Source of the DNA: an uncultured Bacteroidia bacterium
Lineage (GTDB): Bacteria; Bacteroidota; Bacteroidia; Bacteroidales; CAJPTX01
NCBI GenBank assembly: GCA_965240855.1
Contig: CBDEMG010000007.1
Coordinates: 19 to 64,018, forward strand
Length of the DNA: 64,000 bases
Direction: 5' to 3'
Shown piece after piece: positions 37,571 to 48,522 of the stretch (the stretch's first letter is position 1; each line of letters begins with the position of its first letter). Below the pieces are notes generated by a model. It did not search any database. It saw nothing but the letters and a program-made list of their open reading frames with translations, and was not told where the DNA came from. Both the position numbers and the translations under genes were made by a program.

Positions 37571-38044
37571 ATGTCGGATTACATTTATCTCACACCAGAA
37601 GGACTCGCGAAACTGGAGAATGACTTGCGTCAGTTGAAGACGGTGGAGCGTCCCGCCGTTATTCAAGCCATTGCCGAGGCGCGTGATAAAGGCGATTTGT
37701 CGGAAAATGCGGAGTACGATGCAGCCAAAGAGGCACAAGCTTTTTTAGAGAACCAGATAGCGAAGTTGGAAGAGACACTCTCGCGTGCGCGTTTGCTCGA
37801 TACCTCGAAGTTAGATCTTTCTAAAGTGCAGCTCCATTGCAAGGTGAAATTGATGAATCATACAACAGGACGTGAAATGGAGTTTAAGCTCGTTTCGCAG
37901 AGTGAGGCTGACCTTCGTGAGGGTAAGTTGGCGATAGAGACCCCCATCGCGAAAGCACTTGTGGGACACAAGGTAGGAGATGTGGTTGAGGTAGAGGTTC
38001 CCAGTGGAGTGCAGAGGATAGAAGTCTTAGCCATAGGGTTGTAA
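37571..38044 (+). CDS. greA: Transcription elongation factor GreA
   Basis: 157 aa. GDLSENAEYDAAKEAQ coiled-coil tip motif and a C-terminal FKBP-like domain. Confidence 0.93.
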   Translation: MSDYIYLTPEGLAKLENDLRQLKTVERPAVIQAIAEARDKGDLSENAEYDAAKEAQAFLENQIAKLEETLSRARLLDTSKLDLSKVQLHCKVKLMNHTTGREMEFKLVSQSEADLREGKLAIETPIAKALVGHKVGDVVEVEVPSGVQRIEVLAIGL

Positions 38045-38065
38045 TATAGAAGAGGAGGCGTATAG

Positions 38066-38461
38066 ATGGCATCGATATTCACAAAGATTATCAATGGTGA
38101 GATTCCTTGCTACGAATTGGTTCGCGATGAGCGTTTTATCTCCTTCTTGGACATAAGTCCAATACAGCGTGGGCATGCATTGGTAGTACCTTTACAAGAG
38201 GTCGATTACATCTTTAATCTGCCGCAAGAGACTCTCGAGGCGATCCTCCCTTTTGCACAACGTGTAGCACGTGCGATTGAAGCAGTAGTACCCTGCAAAC
38301 GTATAGGGATGGCTGTTGTAGGTATAGAAGTGCCGCATGCACATATACACCTAGTCCCTTTGCAAGAGGTTGGTAGTTTGGATTTCGGACTACCGCGTCT
38401 ACAACTGACGCCTGACGAATATGCGAGTCTTGCAAAAGACATACGAAATCATATACAGTGA
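38066..38461 (+). CDS. HIT-family nucleotide hydrolase/transferase
   Basis: 131 aa. Histidine triad HAHIHLVP, and an N-terminal IFTKIINGEIP. Confidence 0.9.
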   Translation: MASIFTKIINGEIPCYELVRDERFISFLDISPIQRGHALVVPLQEVDYIFNLPQETLEAILPFAQRVARAIEAVVPCKRIGMAVVGIEVPHAHIHLVPLQEVGSLDFGLPRLQLTPDEYASLAKDIRNHIQ

Positions 38462-38476
38462 TTGAATGATAGATAA

Positions 38477-38519
38477 ACAAGGCGATATATCGGTTAAAGG
38501 GTATATCGCCTTGTTTTAT
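38477..38519 (+). terminator. Rho-independent terminator after the greA-HIT pair
   Basis: Perfect 14-bp stem AACAAGGCGATATA / TATATCGCCTTGTT followed by TT(A)T. Confidence 0.75.
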
Positions 38520-38635
38520 ACGAGCGAGTGGTGACCGTAGGGGGAAGGACTCTATTAGAAAAATTCTTATTTTTGTAGGTGAGAGGGGTCGGGGGCAGCC
38601 TAGAGAGTAGCGCTATTCCTCAAATATGATTTTCT

Positions 38636-40114
38636 ATGGCAAAAGTCTCGCAATCGTTACAACAGGGATTACAGCAGCGCCTCACACCACAACAGATACA
38701 GGTGGTGCGTTTGTTGGAGATCCCATTGACGCAGCTAGAGCAACGCATTAAGAAGGAGTTGGAGGATAATCCCACCTTGGAAGAGGGGGAGTCGCCAGAG
38801 AGTGAAAATCCGTTAGAGGCTGTGGGCGCAGAGGATGGCTTCCAAAATATACCAGAGGGCGAGGAATTGCACAGTTCAGAGGATGAGTTCTCTGTGGACG
38901 ATTACCTCTCGGACGACGACTATGATTCGGAGTATAGCACTTCTAACTATGAAGAGAACGAGCGTGAGACGCCACTACCAACACAAATCTCTTTTCGCGA
39001 TCAACTTCTCGAACAGTTAGGTTATCAGCGCATATCAGAGCGAGAGCGTCAACTAGCAGAATACATCATAGGGAATCTGGATGCAGATGGTTATCTCCGT
39101 AGAGATCTCTCAGCTTTACGCGACGATCTTCTTATATTTCAGGGACTAGAGGTTTCCTTGTCAGCCTTTGAACGAGCTTTGAGTATTGTGCAAGAGCTCG
39201 AACCGCATGGCATAGGTGCACGTAGCTTGCAAGAATGTCTTTTGCTACAATTAAGAGAGCAAAATAGTGAGTTAGCAAAAATAGCCAAGAATATCCTCAC
39301 ACGTTGCTACAATCATTTTGTGCAAAAGCACTACCAACGTATACAAGACGAGCTGCATCTCTCGGAAAAACAGCTTCGTGAGGTGCTCGATTTTATTTCT
39401 AAGTTGAATCCGAAACCCGGCGACCTCGCAGAAACGGGGCAACTCCATGATACACAAACTATAATCCCAGACTTTATTCTCAGTTTGGATGGTCGTACGG
39501 GTGAATTAGTTCTTTCGCTTCATGGTGAGAATATGCCCGAGTTGCATATCAGTGCGGAGTATCGCAAGATGTTAAAAGATTATGCCGCTAATCGGAAACA
39601 TTCGAGCGCATCCGAACGCGAGGCTGCACATTTTGTCAAACAGAAGATAGATGCAGCACAGTGGTTTATTGATGCACTCAACCAGCGTAATCGTACGCTA
39701 ATGGCTGTTATGCAAGCGATAGTGAACTACCAGCACGAATATTTGATGGAGGGCGATCCGCGTAGGTTAAAACCGCTAATACTCCGCGATATCGCTCAAG
39801 AGACGGGCTTAGATATATCGACCATATCGCGTGTAGTGAGTAGCAAGTATGTACAGACTCCTTTTGGCATTATACCTCTGAAAGACTTCTTTAGCGAAGG
39901 AATTCAGAACCAGGATGGCGATACGATTTCTACGCGTAAAATTAAAGCCGCAATGCTTGCCGTGATCGAAAAAGAGAATAAGCAGTGTCCGCTCACTGAC
40001 GATCAGATTGTGGAGACGCTCAGTTCGCAAGGTTTCTCGCTTGCAAGACGCACCGTAGCAAAATATCGTGAGCAACTCAATATCCCGATGGCGCGGCTAC
40101 GTAGAGAGATTTAA
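38636..40114 (+). CDS. rpoN: RNA polymerase sigma-54 factor
   Basis: 492 aa. N-terminal Gln-rich region I (LQQGLQQRLTPQQ), an acidic linker, and a C-terminal RpoN box ARRTVAKYRE. Confidence 0.93.
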   Translation: MAKVSQSLQQGLQQRLTPQQIQVVRLLEIPLTQLEQRIKKELEDNPTLEEGESPESENPLEAVGAEDGFQNIPEGEELHSSEDEFSVDDYLSDDDYDSEYSTSNYEENERETPLPTQISFRDQLLEQLGYQRISERERQLAEYIIGNLDADGYLRRDLSALRDDLLIFQGLEVSLSAFERALSIVQELEPHGIGARSLQECLLLQLREQNSELAKIAKNILTRCYNHFVQKHYQRIQDELHLSEKQLREVLDFISKLNPKPGDLAETGQLHDTQTIIPDFILSLDGRTGELVLSLHGENMPELHISAEYRKMLKDYAANRKHSSASEREAAHFVKQKIDAAQWFIDALNQRNRTLMAVMQAIVNYQHEYLMEGDPRRLKPLILRDIAQETGLDISTISRVVSSKYVQTPFGIIPLKDFFSEGIQNQDGDTISTRKIKAAMLAVIEKENKQCPLTDDQIVETLSSQGFSLARRTVAKYREQLNIPMARLRREI

Positions 40115-40173
40115 TCAAAGTCTCCTCCCCTCAAAAACTCCGAGTATTAGAAGAATTAAACGACGAGTTAATT

Positions 40174-40875
40174 ATGTTTATAGCACTAGAGGGTACAGAT
40201 GGTTGTGGTAAATCGACTCAGGGGCGATTGCTCATCAATTATCTTCAAGCGGAGGGGATGAAGGTCTCTTTCTATCATTTCCCAGTCCTTGTACAAGGAG
40301 GAGTTTTTGGCTCGCTTCTAGCCTCATACCTAAGGGGCGAATTGGGCTCAATGCAATCGCTTCCGCCTAAACTCATAGGTGCGTTGTATGCTGCCAATCG
40401 GAACGACTTTCAGTACACAATGCGTACGGAGCTTGCGGCAGGTAATATAATTGTAGCTGATCGTTACTTTGCTTCTAATTTGGCCTATGCTGGAGCAAAA
40501 TTAACAGAGCCCTCTGAACGTGAGGAACTCATCCGTTGGCTTATTCGTACGGATCTTGTGGAGTTCGGTAATCTTGAACCAGATTGTACGCTATTTTTTG
40601 ATGCGCCCCTCTCTTTTTCTATGCAAGTAAATCGCGAACGGCAGCTGCAGAACAGCACTTCCGAGCGAAGTTATACTGCAGGAAAACAGGATATTCACGA
40701 AGCGAAATGGGAGTATCAGCAGCAGGTGCAGAATGTTTATCGCACGCTAGGGGATTATCTGAAACACTACAACACAATAAATTGTCATGCCTTGGGTGGA
40801 AGTATGCGCACAATAGAGGAAATCTTCGATGACGTGAAGCATACACTAAAGAATGTAATGAAGAAATTCGCCTAA
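40174..40875 (+). CDS. tmk: dTMP (thymidylate) kinase
   Basis: 233 aa. P-loop FIALEGTDGCGKSTQ and the DRY motif (ADRYFASN). Confidence 0.85.
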   Translation: MFIALEGTDGCGKSTQGRLLINYLQAEGMKVSFYHFPVLVQGGVFGSLLASYLRGELGSMQSLPPKLIGALYAANRNDFQYTMRTELAAGNIIVADRYFASNLAYAGAKLTEPSEREELIRWLIRTDLVEFGNLEPDCTLFFDAPLSFSMQVNRERQLQNSTSERSYTAGKQDIHEAKWEYQQQVQNVYRTLGDYLKHYNTINCHALGGSMRTIEEIFDDVKHTLKNVMKKFA

Positions 40876-41585
40876 TTTACAAGGTATTCAAGATATTCGC
40901 ACGGACTCTCTACACGGACTTCGACGCCAGTAATGGGTTGCCGAAATCGTAGCGAACTCGCATGCAGAGCAATACCGCCGTTGGGGAGACTACGTTTAGC
41001 CCCATATTTGAGATCACCATGTACGGGACAGCCAATACTAGCAAGTTGCGCACGAATCTGGTGATGTCGTCCTGTGAAGAGTTGTACTTTCAGAAGGGCG
41101 AAACTCTTGGTTAGTCCTACCATTTCGTATTCTAATGAGGAGAGTTGCCCTTTTGGGTCACCTTTACGCACCACGAAAGTCTTGTTCATACGTTGGTTGC
41201 GATGTAGGTAGCTCTCTATACGTCCTGAGTATTGTTCGGGTTGTCCTTCGACGAGTGCATAGTAAAAACGTTCGACATTGCCCTGACTAAACTGTTCGTG
41301 TAGGCGCGGGAGTACACGATCTACTTTGGCAAAGAGCACTAGACCAGAAACGGGACGATCTATACGGTGTACGGCCTGAAGGTATACGTTCCCAGGTTTC
41401 GCATCGCGCTCTTTAAGAGCTAAACTTAGAGAGCGAAGGAGCGATGTGTCGCCTGATTTGTCTTCTTGTACAATTTCCCCCATCTCTTTGTCAAGGACGA
41501 GAAGATGCTTGTCTTCGTATAAAATGCGCGAGAGGAGTGGTCGCGGCGATCGCGGTTGAAACAAATTAGTACTGCTCTTTTTCAT
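40872..41585 (-). CDS. RluA-family pseudouridine synthase
   Basis: 237 aa. Catalytic motif [15 protein letters not shown], and HQIRAQL. Confidence 0.88.
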   Translation of the reverse strand: MKKSSTNLFQPRSPRPLLSRILYEDKHLLVLDKEMGEIVQEDKSGDTSLLRSLSLALKERDAKPGNVYLQAVHRIDRPVSGLVLFAKVDRVLPRLHEQFSQGNVERFYYALVEGQPEQYSGRIESYLHRNQRMNKTFVVRKGDPKGQLSSLEYEMVGLTKSFALLKVQLFTGRHHQIRAQLASIGCPVHGDLKYGAKRSLPNGGIALHASSLRFRQPITGVEVRVESPCEYLEYLVN

Positions 41586-42381
41586 TAGGGAACTCTCCCT
41601 CTTTTACGTTTTGTATATAGGTTTTGAATGCTGTAAACATCTCTTCTCCGAGACTAGCATAGCGGCGTAAGAAACGTGGTGAGAAGGCTTCTGTGATACC
41701 CAGCATGTCGTGCGAGACGAGTACTTGCCCATCGACCTTGCCACCAGCGCCAATTCCGATAACAGGTATACGGAGCTTGCGTGCGACTTCTGCACCTAGT
41801 TTTGCGGGGATTTTCTCTAAAACTATAGAAAAGCATCCAGCAGCTTCGAGTTCCTGCGCATCGGCTACTAAGCGATCGGCTTCCTCTTCTTCTGTAGCGC
41901 GCACTACATAGGTTCCAAACTTGTGTATACTTTGCGGTGTGAGCCCAAGATGTCCCATAATAGGAATCCCTGCTGAGAGAATACGATTAACAGAATCGAG
42001 GATCTCGACTCCCCCCTCCATCTTTATAGCATCTGCTCCGCTCTCTTTCATAATCCGTATGGCCGATTGTAGAGCGCGTTGCGAGTCACCTTGATACGAC
42101 CCAAAGGGCATATCTACCACCACAAGAGCGTGTTTAATAGCTCGTACAACGGAGGCAGCATGATAGATCATATCGTCTAGGGTAATGGGGAGAGTACTCT
42201 CGAACCCTGCCATGACATTTGCTGCTGAGTCTCCTACAAGAATGACGTCGATTCCCGCTTGGTCGAGAATGCGAGCCATCGAAAAGTCGTACGAGGTGAG
42301 CATGGAGATCTTCTCACCGCGATCCTTCATAGTTTGTAAAACGTGTGTAGTAATTACACGCCGTTTGCCTTCCACAGACAT
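41566..42381 (-). CDS. panB: 3-methyl-2-oxobutanoate hydroxymethyltransferase
   Basis: 271 aa. [28 protein letters not shown] and KMEGG blocks. Confidence 0.93.
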   Translation of the reverse strand: MSVEGKRRVITTHVLQTMKDRGEKISMLTSYDFSMARILDQAGIDVILVGDSAANVMAGFESTLPITLDDMIYHAASVVRAIKHALVVVDMPFGSYQGDSQRALQSAIRIMKESGADAIKMEGGVEILDSVNRILSAGIPIMGHLGLTPQSIHKFGTYVVRATEEEEADRLVADAQELEAAGCFSIVLEKIPAKLGAEVARKLRIPVIGIGAGGKVDGQVLVSHDMLGITEAFSPRFLRRYASLGEEMFTAFKTYIQNVKEGEFPNEKEQY

Positions 42382-42420
42382 TTGCTTGTATAGTTGTAGC
42401 CAAGGAGTTGTTGGCTCGGA

Positions 42421-42816
42421 TTAGTGCATGAAACGTATAGAAAGGATGAGCGAGAGGATGTAGCAAAAAAGAGCTACTACAATGAGTGCTATACGGTGCT
42501 CAGCGTCTATGAGTAGTAGGGCACAGACTATGAAGAGAACATAGAGAAACATCTTTGCTACGGTATAGAGCATGTAGCGTGCAGGGAAACTCGTCTTTTT
42601 ACCCTGTAGGATCTTGTGCACGTAGTGTACTGAGAGTATACCTACTAGAAAAAAGAAGGATGGGATTGCTGGAAAGAGCGAAAAATACCCTCCGAGGAGT
42701 CCTAGAGCAAGAAGAATACCCCAAATCACGCCACTAGCAAAGAGTGCTAGACCAGAGATCTTGATATATTGCTGAAATCGAAGTGGGAAATTTTCTTGCG
42801 GAGAATCTTCTTTCAT
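42421..42816 (-). CDS. Small integral membrane protein (four predicted helices), function unknown
   Basis: 131 aa, hydrophobic. No recognisable motif. Confidence 0.5.
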   Translation of the reverse strand: MKEDSPQENFPLRFQQYIKISGLALFASGVIWGILLALGLLGGYFSLFPAIPSFFFLVGILSVHYVHKILQGKKTSFPARYMLYTVAKMFLYVLFIVCALLLIDAEHRIALIVVALFCYILSLILSIRFMH

Positions 42817-42957
42817 CTTGCTTAAGCTTTAGTATCGCACAAATCGCAAATGTACAGTATGTTAGAACACTCTCCAGTTTATTTCCCGATGCCCAATACG
42901 GATATGTAGAAATGGTGTGTGTCGGATAGAATCGAATGGGGAGAATTCCCACAACTC

Positions 42958-43359
42958 CTACAGTTTGTTTGTGGTAGGAGCAGCGCCACTTTCTGCAACG
43001 GGGGAAGTTTGAGGTTCTCCCATTTGGCAGGTTCCCGTGAAAATAGCTCCGGGTTCGATACCGAGACGTTGTGTACGCACATCGCCATACACTTTCGCAG
43101 AGCTCTTCAGATTCAGGAGTTCGGTTACTTGGATTTTGCCCTTGAGATACCCCGAGATATCGCCGTTTTTACATTGAATTTCGCCATCCACGCGTCCCGA
43201 GTTCCCTATAACGACTTTCCCGCGTACGGAGATGATTCCTGTAACCGTACCATCTATGCGGAGATCGCCTGCGCAATCTACCTCGCCGCGGATCTCGGTG
43301 CCTGTACTAATAACACTCAACGAATTAGCAGTCTCTTGTATTTCAGTGCTTTTTCCCAT
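42958..43359 (-). CDS. Bactofilin-family polymer-forming cytoskeletal protein
   Basis: 133 aa. Repeated beta-helix pattern GTEIRGEV..DLRIDGTVTG..VRGKVVIGNSGRVDGEI..GDISG.LKGKI..KVYGDV..LGIEPGAIFTG. Confidence 0.85.
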   Translation of the reverse strand: MGKSTEIQETANSLSVISTGTEIRGEVDCAGDLRIDGTVTGIISVRGKVVIGNSGRVDGEIQCKNGDISGYLKGKIQVTELLNLKSSAKVYGDVRTQRLGIEPGAIFTGTCQMGEPQTSPVAESGAAPTTNKL

Positions 43360-43374
43360 TTGTTTTTGATTCTT

Positions 43375-43779
43375 TTAGAATAGGTATTCTACCACTTTCT
43401 CGATCTCTGGACTCAAGCTATGCATAACGGGACATTGCCCGATGGCGGCTTCTAGGAACTTTTTCTCCTTAGGAGAATACTCGTGCCCCCGTAGATCGAT
43501 AACCAGATGTATACTTTTTAAGCGTTTAGGCTTCTCGGCCAGTGTATATTCAATGGTGGTTTTCATACCATCGACCGAAAAACCATGCACGTGCGCTATA
43601 TAACCAATAGAACTCATTGTACACGATGCGCTAGCAATACAAAGTAGTTGCATAGGAGAGTAGGCTTCAGGCGCAACTCCTTCGGGAAGCCCCGTTTGGG
43701 TGCAGACAAGACTTTTCCCGCTAGGGTGTGGGGTCTGCGTCGCAAAATCACCCGTATAAGCAATTTCAATTATAGCCAT
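43375..43779 (-). CDS. OsmC/Ohr-family protein
   Basis: 134 aa. Size and the paired-Cys arrangement (LLCIASASCT ... GQCPV) are typical of the OsmC fold. Confidence 0.7.
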   Translation of the reverse strand: MAIIEIAYTGDFATQTPHPSGKSLVCTQTGLPEGVAPEAYSPMQLLCIASASCTMSSIGYIAHVHGFSVDGMKTTIEYTLAEKPKRLKSIHLVIDLRGHEYSPKEKKFLEAAIGQCPVMHSLSPEIEKVVEYLF

Positions 43780-43896
43780 TGGAGTTCTTGCTTTCTGTTT
43801 GTATACAAAATTACACTCTTTTTTATAACGTGTTCGAATTTATTTTTGTCACAATTATTCACAATCTGTCTATTTTGTATACTCGGTAAGCGTTTA

Positions 43897-46365
43897 TTAC
43901 TCTACATAATAGGTTCGTGGGATTCGCGGTGAGATGGCGCTTAGCACTTCATAAGGGATGGTATCGAGCCAAGAAGAGAGTTCAAGGAGTGTTGGAGCTT
44001 CGCCAAATAGAGTAACACAATCGCCTACTTGCACTTCGAGACCTGTGATATCGATCATACAAGTATCCATACAAATATTACCTATTGTGGGGACTAACTG
44101 TCCTGCAACCCCGACCTTTCCGCGCCCATTTCCTAATCGGCGATTGTAGCCATCGGCATATCCAATGGGGATGGTAGCAATCTTTTTAGTTTCCAAAACT
44201 TTGCCATGGCAGCCATACCCTACGGTCTCGTTTTTTGCGAGTTCTTTTATTTGAGCAACGAAGGTTTTGAGGCTTGCTACGGGTTCTAGCTTCGTATTTC
44301 CGTTACATGAGATGCCATGTAGTCCGATCCCTAGACGTACCATATCGTACTGCCATTGTGGAAAGCGCTCTTGACCAGCAGAGTTGAGGATGTGTCGCAA
44401 GGGGTTGCCTCCGACGGCAGAGAGAATGCGTGAAGACATTCTCTCGAAACGTTGCAATTGTGTGAGAGTAAAAGCATCAAGATCGGGGTCGTCGGCTCCT
44501 GCGAGATGACTAAATATCGAAGCTACGCGTAGTCTCTTTAGATGACGTAAATGTGCAAGGAGCTCTTCTAATTCCTCTTCCATAAAGCCCACACGGTGCA
44601 TACCAGTATCGAGCTTAATATGAATTGGGTAATCTTTTTTACCTTCTTCGGTCACCACTTTCTCGAACCTATGTAGGAGATCGCTCGAAAAAATATTGGG
44701 CTCGAGATTATACTCGACCATGGCAGAGAGAGCGTCGGGGGCGGGGTTTAAAACGAGGATAGGGAGTCTGATTCCAGCTTGACGGAGTGCAAATCCTTCG
44801 TCTGCAAAAGCTACGCCGAGGTAGTCTACTTTATGGTATTGGAGTAGCTGAGCGAGTTCGCCGAGTCCGTTGCCATAAGCAAAAGCTTTTACGAGCACCA
44901 ACATTTTTACATTCGCTTGGAGTTGCGAACGAAATACTCCGAGGTTGTGTTCGAGTGCACTAAGATTTACCTCCATTACAGTGCGATGTATGCGACGCTC
45001 TAGGAGTTTGCAGATGTGTTCGAATTCGAAGCGTCGTCCTCCTTTTACTAAGATGGCATAGTTTTGATAGTCGGTTCTTGTATAAGCTTGCAAAAACGCT
45101 TGTGTAGAAGTAAAGAAGCGGGCATCTGGGAAGCGCTTTGCCTCTGAGGCGATCTCTGGTCCGATACCCGCCAATAAGTGGATTCCATATTTATCTAATA
45201 GGGTAGCTACCGAAGAGTAAAGTTCTGAGGGGGGGAGTCCAGACTGGTCAATATCTGAGAGGATGAGTCCTTTGAGTTCGTCGGAGGCTGCTTGTTGACA
45301 AAGAAACCTTAGTGCAATCTCGAGAGACTCTAGGTCGCAGCTATAGCTATCGTTGATTAGAGGATGATGGTTGATCCCCTCGTGGCGTTCCAGACGCATG
45401 GGGACAGAACGAAGATTTGCGAGAGTCTCCAGTGCATCTTCAATCTCCAAACCGAGTTCAAGAGCAGCTACGAGCGTATGCAGTGCATTTTCGATACTTG
45501 CTGCATCATCTGCAGGGAAATGTCCTAGGTACTCTTTTGGATTCTCGCCTAGGGTTAAAACAAAAGCATTATCGTAACCCAAGGGCTTAATGCAATAGTC
45601 GGCCTTGGATCCTATAACCGACCATGTAATGAGTTTGTAGCCATACGTGGGTTGTAGTTCGGAGGCACGTTGATAAAGAATTTCGTGGTCTCGACATACT
45701 ACGAGTCGTTCTGCATGCTTGAAGAGTTGTAGTTTTTCTAAGCATTTAGTACTAAGATCTGGGAAACCTGCTTGGTGTGCGTGCCCGAGGTTGGTAAAAA
45801 TGCCCAGAGTCGGTCGGATGATACTCTCTAGTTTTTGCATTTCCTGGATTTGAGAGATCCCAGCCTCGTATACGCCGATTTCGTCCTTGGGAGTAAGCCC
45901 GAGTACCGATAATGGAACACCAACTTGCGAATTGTAACTTTTGGGACTATGGTTTACACGCCATCGTAGCGAGAGTAGTTGCGAGAGCCATTCTTTTACT
46001 ACTGTTTTACCATTGCTGCCCGTGATCCCTACTATAGGGATCTGAAAACGCTGTCGATGAAAACTTGCGAATTGTTGTAAGGCAATTTGTGTATCAGCAA
46101 CACAAAAAAAGGTAGCGTCCTTGAGCTGTGCAAAAATTGCTCGGTAGTCTGAAACTACAAATGCACGTACTTGGTGTTCGGAGTATAGCGCTTCGATGTA
46201 GTTGTGTGCATCATGGTGCTGTCCTTTCAATGCAAAGAAAAGGAGATGTGCCCCATCGGCAACTATCCTACTATCGATAGAAATTTCGTGTATTGAGCCC
46301 CCTTTAATGCCGCGGAGAGTGCATGGGAAAGCCCATTGCAATTCTTGAAAAGTATAGTGTAACAT
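43897..46365 (-). CDS. Bifunctional UDP-MurNAc-tripeptide--D-Ala-D-Ala ligase (MurF) / alanine racemase (Alr) fusion
   Basis: 822 aa. The N-terminal half has the Mur ligase P-loop GITGSNGKTVVKEW. The C-terminal half has the alanine racemase PLP motif (VLVKAFAYGNG) and a C-terminal barrel (PIGYADGY, IGNICMD). Confidence 0.9.
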   Translation of the reverse strand: MLHYTFQELQWAFPCTLRGIKGGSIHEISIDSRIVADGAHLLFFALKGQHHDAHNYIEALYSEHQVRAFVVSDYRAIFAQLKDATFFCVADTQIALQQFASFHRQRFQIPIVGITGSNGKTVVKEWLSQLLSLRWRVNHSPKSYNSQVGVPLSVLGLTPKDEIGVYEAGISQIQEMQKLESIIRPTLGIFTNLGHAHQAGFPDLSTKCLEKLQLFKHAERLVVCRDHEILYQRASELQPTYGYKLITWSVIGSKADYCIKPLGYDNAFVLTLGENPKEYLGHFPADDAASIENALHTLVAALELGLEIEDALETLANLRSVPMRLERHEGINHHPLINDSYSCDLESLEIALRFLCQQAASDELKGLILSDIDQSGLPPSELYSSVATLLDKYGIHLLAGIGPEIASEAKRFPDARFFTSTQAFLQAYTRTDYQNYAILVKGGRRFEFEHICKLLERRIHRTVMEVNLSALEHNLGVFRSQLQANVKMLVLVKAFAYGNGLGELAQLLQYHKVDYLGVAFADEGFALRQAGIRLPILVLNPAPDALSAMVEYNLEPNIFSSDLLHRFEKVVTEEGKKDYPIHIKLDTGMHRVGFMEEELEELLAHLRHLKRLRVASIFSHLAGADDPDLDAFTLTQLQRFERMSSRILSAVGGNPLRHILNSAGQERFPQWQYDMVRLGIGLHGISCNGNTKLEPVASLKTFVAQIKELAKNETVGYGCHGKVLETKKIATIPIGYADGYNRRLGNGRGKVGVAGQLVPTIGNICMDTCMIDITGLEVQVGDCVTLFGEAPTLLELSSWLDTIPYEVLSAISPRIPRTYYVE

Positions 46366-46463
46366 TGAACTAAAATTCCTACAGTTTGCACCTGAAGCAA
46401 TGCTAGAAATTGCTCAGTCGAAGAATATTCGCATTAATCGGATTAAGAAAGTAAAGAGGAGTA

Positions 46464-48077
46464 TCACTCTGTCAGAAATGATGTCCGTACAGGCTGTTTC
46501 TCGATATTTTTCCCTCGTCGTTGTATCGTATGACAGGCAAAAGTATCGCTTAATTTGGGGTAGTCTGCTCGGTAGTGCCCACCGCGACTCTCTTTGCGAT
46601 AGGAGGCTCCCTCTATTAAAAGTCGAGCTACGATGAGAAGGTTCTGACTCAGATGGGTAAAAAGCTCGTTCGCCGTATCGCTGTGCAAATATTGGAGTTT
46701 ACTCTCTAAGTCACGGAGTTTTTCGTCGGCTAGTTGAAGAGTAGTAGCGCTTCGTACGATCCCTACCCCTTCGGTAAGGAGCTCTGCTACCTGTTTACGC
46801 AAATTCTGATAGAATTCCTGGCGTGAAGCTATGGCACTAAAATGTGGCGCAAACTCGGTAGGGAGGGGGAGTTGTGCTACAAGGCGCGATTGCTCTACTG
46901 CACGATGACCAAAAACGAGACATTCGATGAGTGAGTTAGAAGCCAAACGATTCGCCCCCATGATACCCGTAGAGGCTAGTTCGCCACACATATAGAGATT
47001 TGGGATTTCTGTTTCTCCGTAGAGGTTTGTACGTACTCCTCCCACCATGTAGTGAGCAGCAGGAACTACGGGTATGCGTTGTGTAAGATCGTAGCCTTGT
47101 TCAGCACAGTGACGAGCTATAGTGGGGAAGCGATGAAGGATATGTGCTTTATCTAGGTGTTGGAGGTCTAGCCACACAAAGGGAGTATTCCCCTTTGTCA
47201 TCTCGGTTGCTATAGCTCGCGCTACAGTATCCCGAGGTTCTAACTCAGCCAGAGGGTATTGGCTTGCCATAAAACGTTCGCCTTGGGCATTGAGGAGATG
47301 TGCTCCTTCGCCGCGTACCGCCTCGCTAATAAGAAAGGCATTTGGCTCGTTCGAATAGAGTGCCGTGGGGTGGAACTGTATAAATTCGAAATCTACTATC
47401 GCACAACCTGCACGCCAAGCAATGGCGATCCCGTCGCCTACGGTAGTGCTCGGATTCGTACTCCGCGAATAGATGGCGCTCGTGCCCCCAATGGTTAAAA
47501 AGGTGTGTCGTGCCACAAAGAGTTCTTCGCATCCAGCGGAGATATTCCAAGTAGAAACTCCCCAACAAGCATGGCTACGTATTAGGAGTTCGAGTACGAT
47601 GTGATTCTCGAAGATTGCTATATTGGGGTTCTCGGCTACTTTCTTAGCCAAGAAGCTAGTTACAAGCGCTCCAGTAGCGTCACCTCCTGCATGCAAAATT
47701 CGGCGATGATGGTGCCCACCTTCTAGTCCTAAGGCGAGCGATCCGTCGATCTGATCGAAGTGCATACCACTTTCTATCAACTCACGAATCCGCTCGGGAG
47801 CTTCGTGTACGAGTACGTCTACAGCATCGAGGTCGCAAAGACCGCGCCCTGCGATTAGCGTATCGGCGCGATGTTCCTCGGGACTATCTCCTTGATCTGT
47901 AACAGCAGCAATGCCTCCTTGTGCGTAATACGAATTACTCTCGCGCACCCACGATTTGGTAACAATCGCTACGCGCCCATACCGTGCAGCTCGCAGTGCT
48001 ACACTTAACCCTGCTAGACCACTACCAGCTACGATATAGTCGAAGGTTTGCAATGTGCCACTCGCTGCCAACTCCAT
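46464..48077 (-). CDS. nadB: L-aspartate oxidase
   Basis: 537 aa. FAD dinucleotide fold DYIVAGSGLAGLS, plus HPTAL, RGEGA and SRGGHYR motifs. Confidence 0.93.
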   Translation of the reverse strand: MELAASGTLQTFDYIVAGSGLAGLSVALRAARYGRVAIVTKSWVRESNSYYAQGGIAAVTDQGDSPEEHRADTLIAGRGLCDLDAVDVLVHEAPERIRELIESGMHFDQIDGSLALGLEGGHHHRRILHAGGDATGALVTSFLAKKVAENPNIAIFENHIVLELLIRSHACWGVSTWNISAGCEELFVARHTFLTIGGTSAIYSRSTNPSTTVGDGIAIAWRAGCAIVDFEFIQFHPTALYSNEPNAFLISEAVRGEGAHLLNAQGERFMASQYPLAELEPRDTVARAIATEMTKGNTPFVWLDLQHLDKAHILHRFPTIARHCAEQGYDLTQRIPVVPAAHYMVGGVRTNLYGETEIPNLYMCGELASTGIMGANRLASNSLIECLVFGHRAVEQSRLVAQLPLPTEFAPHFSAIASRQEFYQNLRKQVAELLTEGVGIVRSATTLQLADEKLRDLESKLQYLHSDTANELFTHLSQNLLIVARLLIEGASYRKESRGGHYRADYPKLSDTFACHTIQRRGKNIEKQPVRTSFLTE

Positions 48078-48356
48078 GTACTACTATCGTCTACTACACG
48101 CCCCGTTTTCTTTATGTAAAGGTAATACTTTCGATAGTTTCCTTGTACTGGGTAGTGTCCTACGAAAATGTGTAAGTAATCCTTTTCATTACCCCACCAT
48201 TTGAATTTTCAGCGTCCCATTATTTCCTGAAGTTCGGGAAGCACACGACTCCAATTCTTAAAGTTAGCAACAGGAATTCGGAGTTTGAGAAACAACTGTC
48301 CAATAACCGTGTGTCGCACGAATCAGCTTGGCGGTATACATGGAAACAGGTCTAAC

Positions 48357-48389
48357 AAAAAAAGGCTATATCCCAAAGAAATACAGCCT
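48357..48389 (-). terminator. Rho-independent terminator downstream of the tRNA-Leu pair
   Basis: On the minus strand, stem AGGCTGTAT/ATATAGCCT followed by U7. Confidence 0.65.
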
Positions 48390-48400
48390 CTTTTACTTTG

Positions 48401-48486
48401 TGCCCAGAACAAGAATCGAACTTGCACGACCTGTAACGGTCACCAGCCCCTCAAGCTGGCGTGTCTACCAATTCCACCACCTAGGC
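48401..48486 (-). tRNA. tRNA-Leu (anticodon GAG), class II with a long variable arm
   Basis: Reverse complement GCCTAGGTGGTGGAATTGGTAGACACGCCAGCTTGAGGGGCTGGTGACCGTTACAGGTCGTGCAAGTTCGATTCTTGTTCTGGGCA. Anticodon loop TTGAGGG. Confidence 0.9.
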
Positions 48487-48522
48487 AAACCACACCCTAA
48501 AAAAACAAACATCACATCAACG

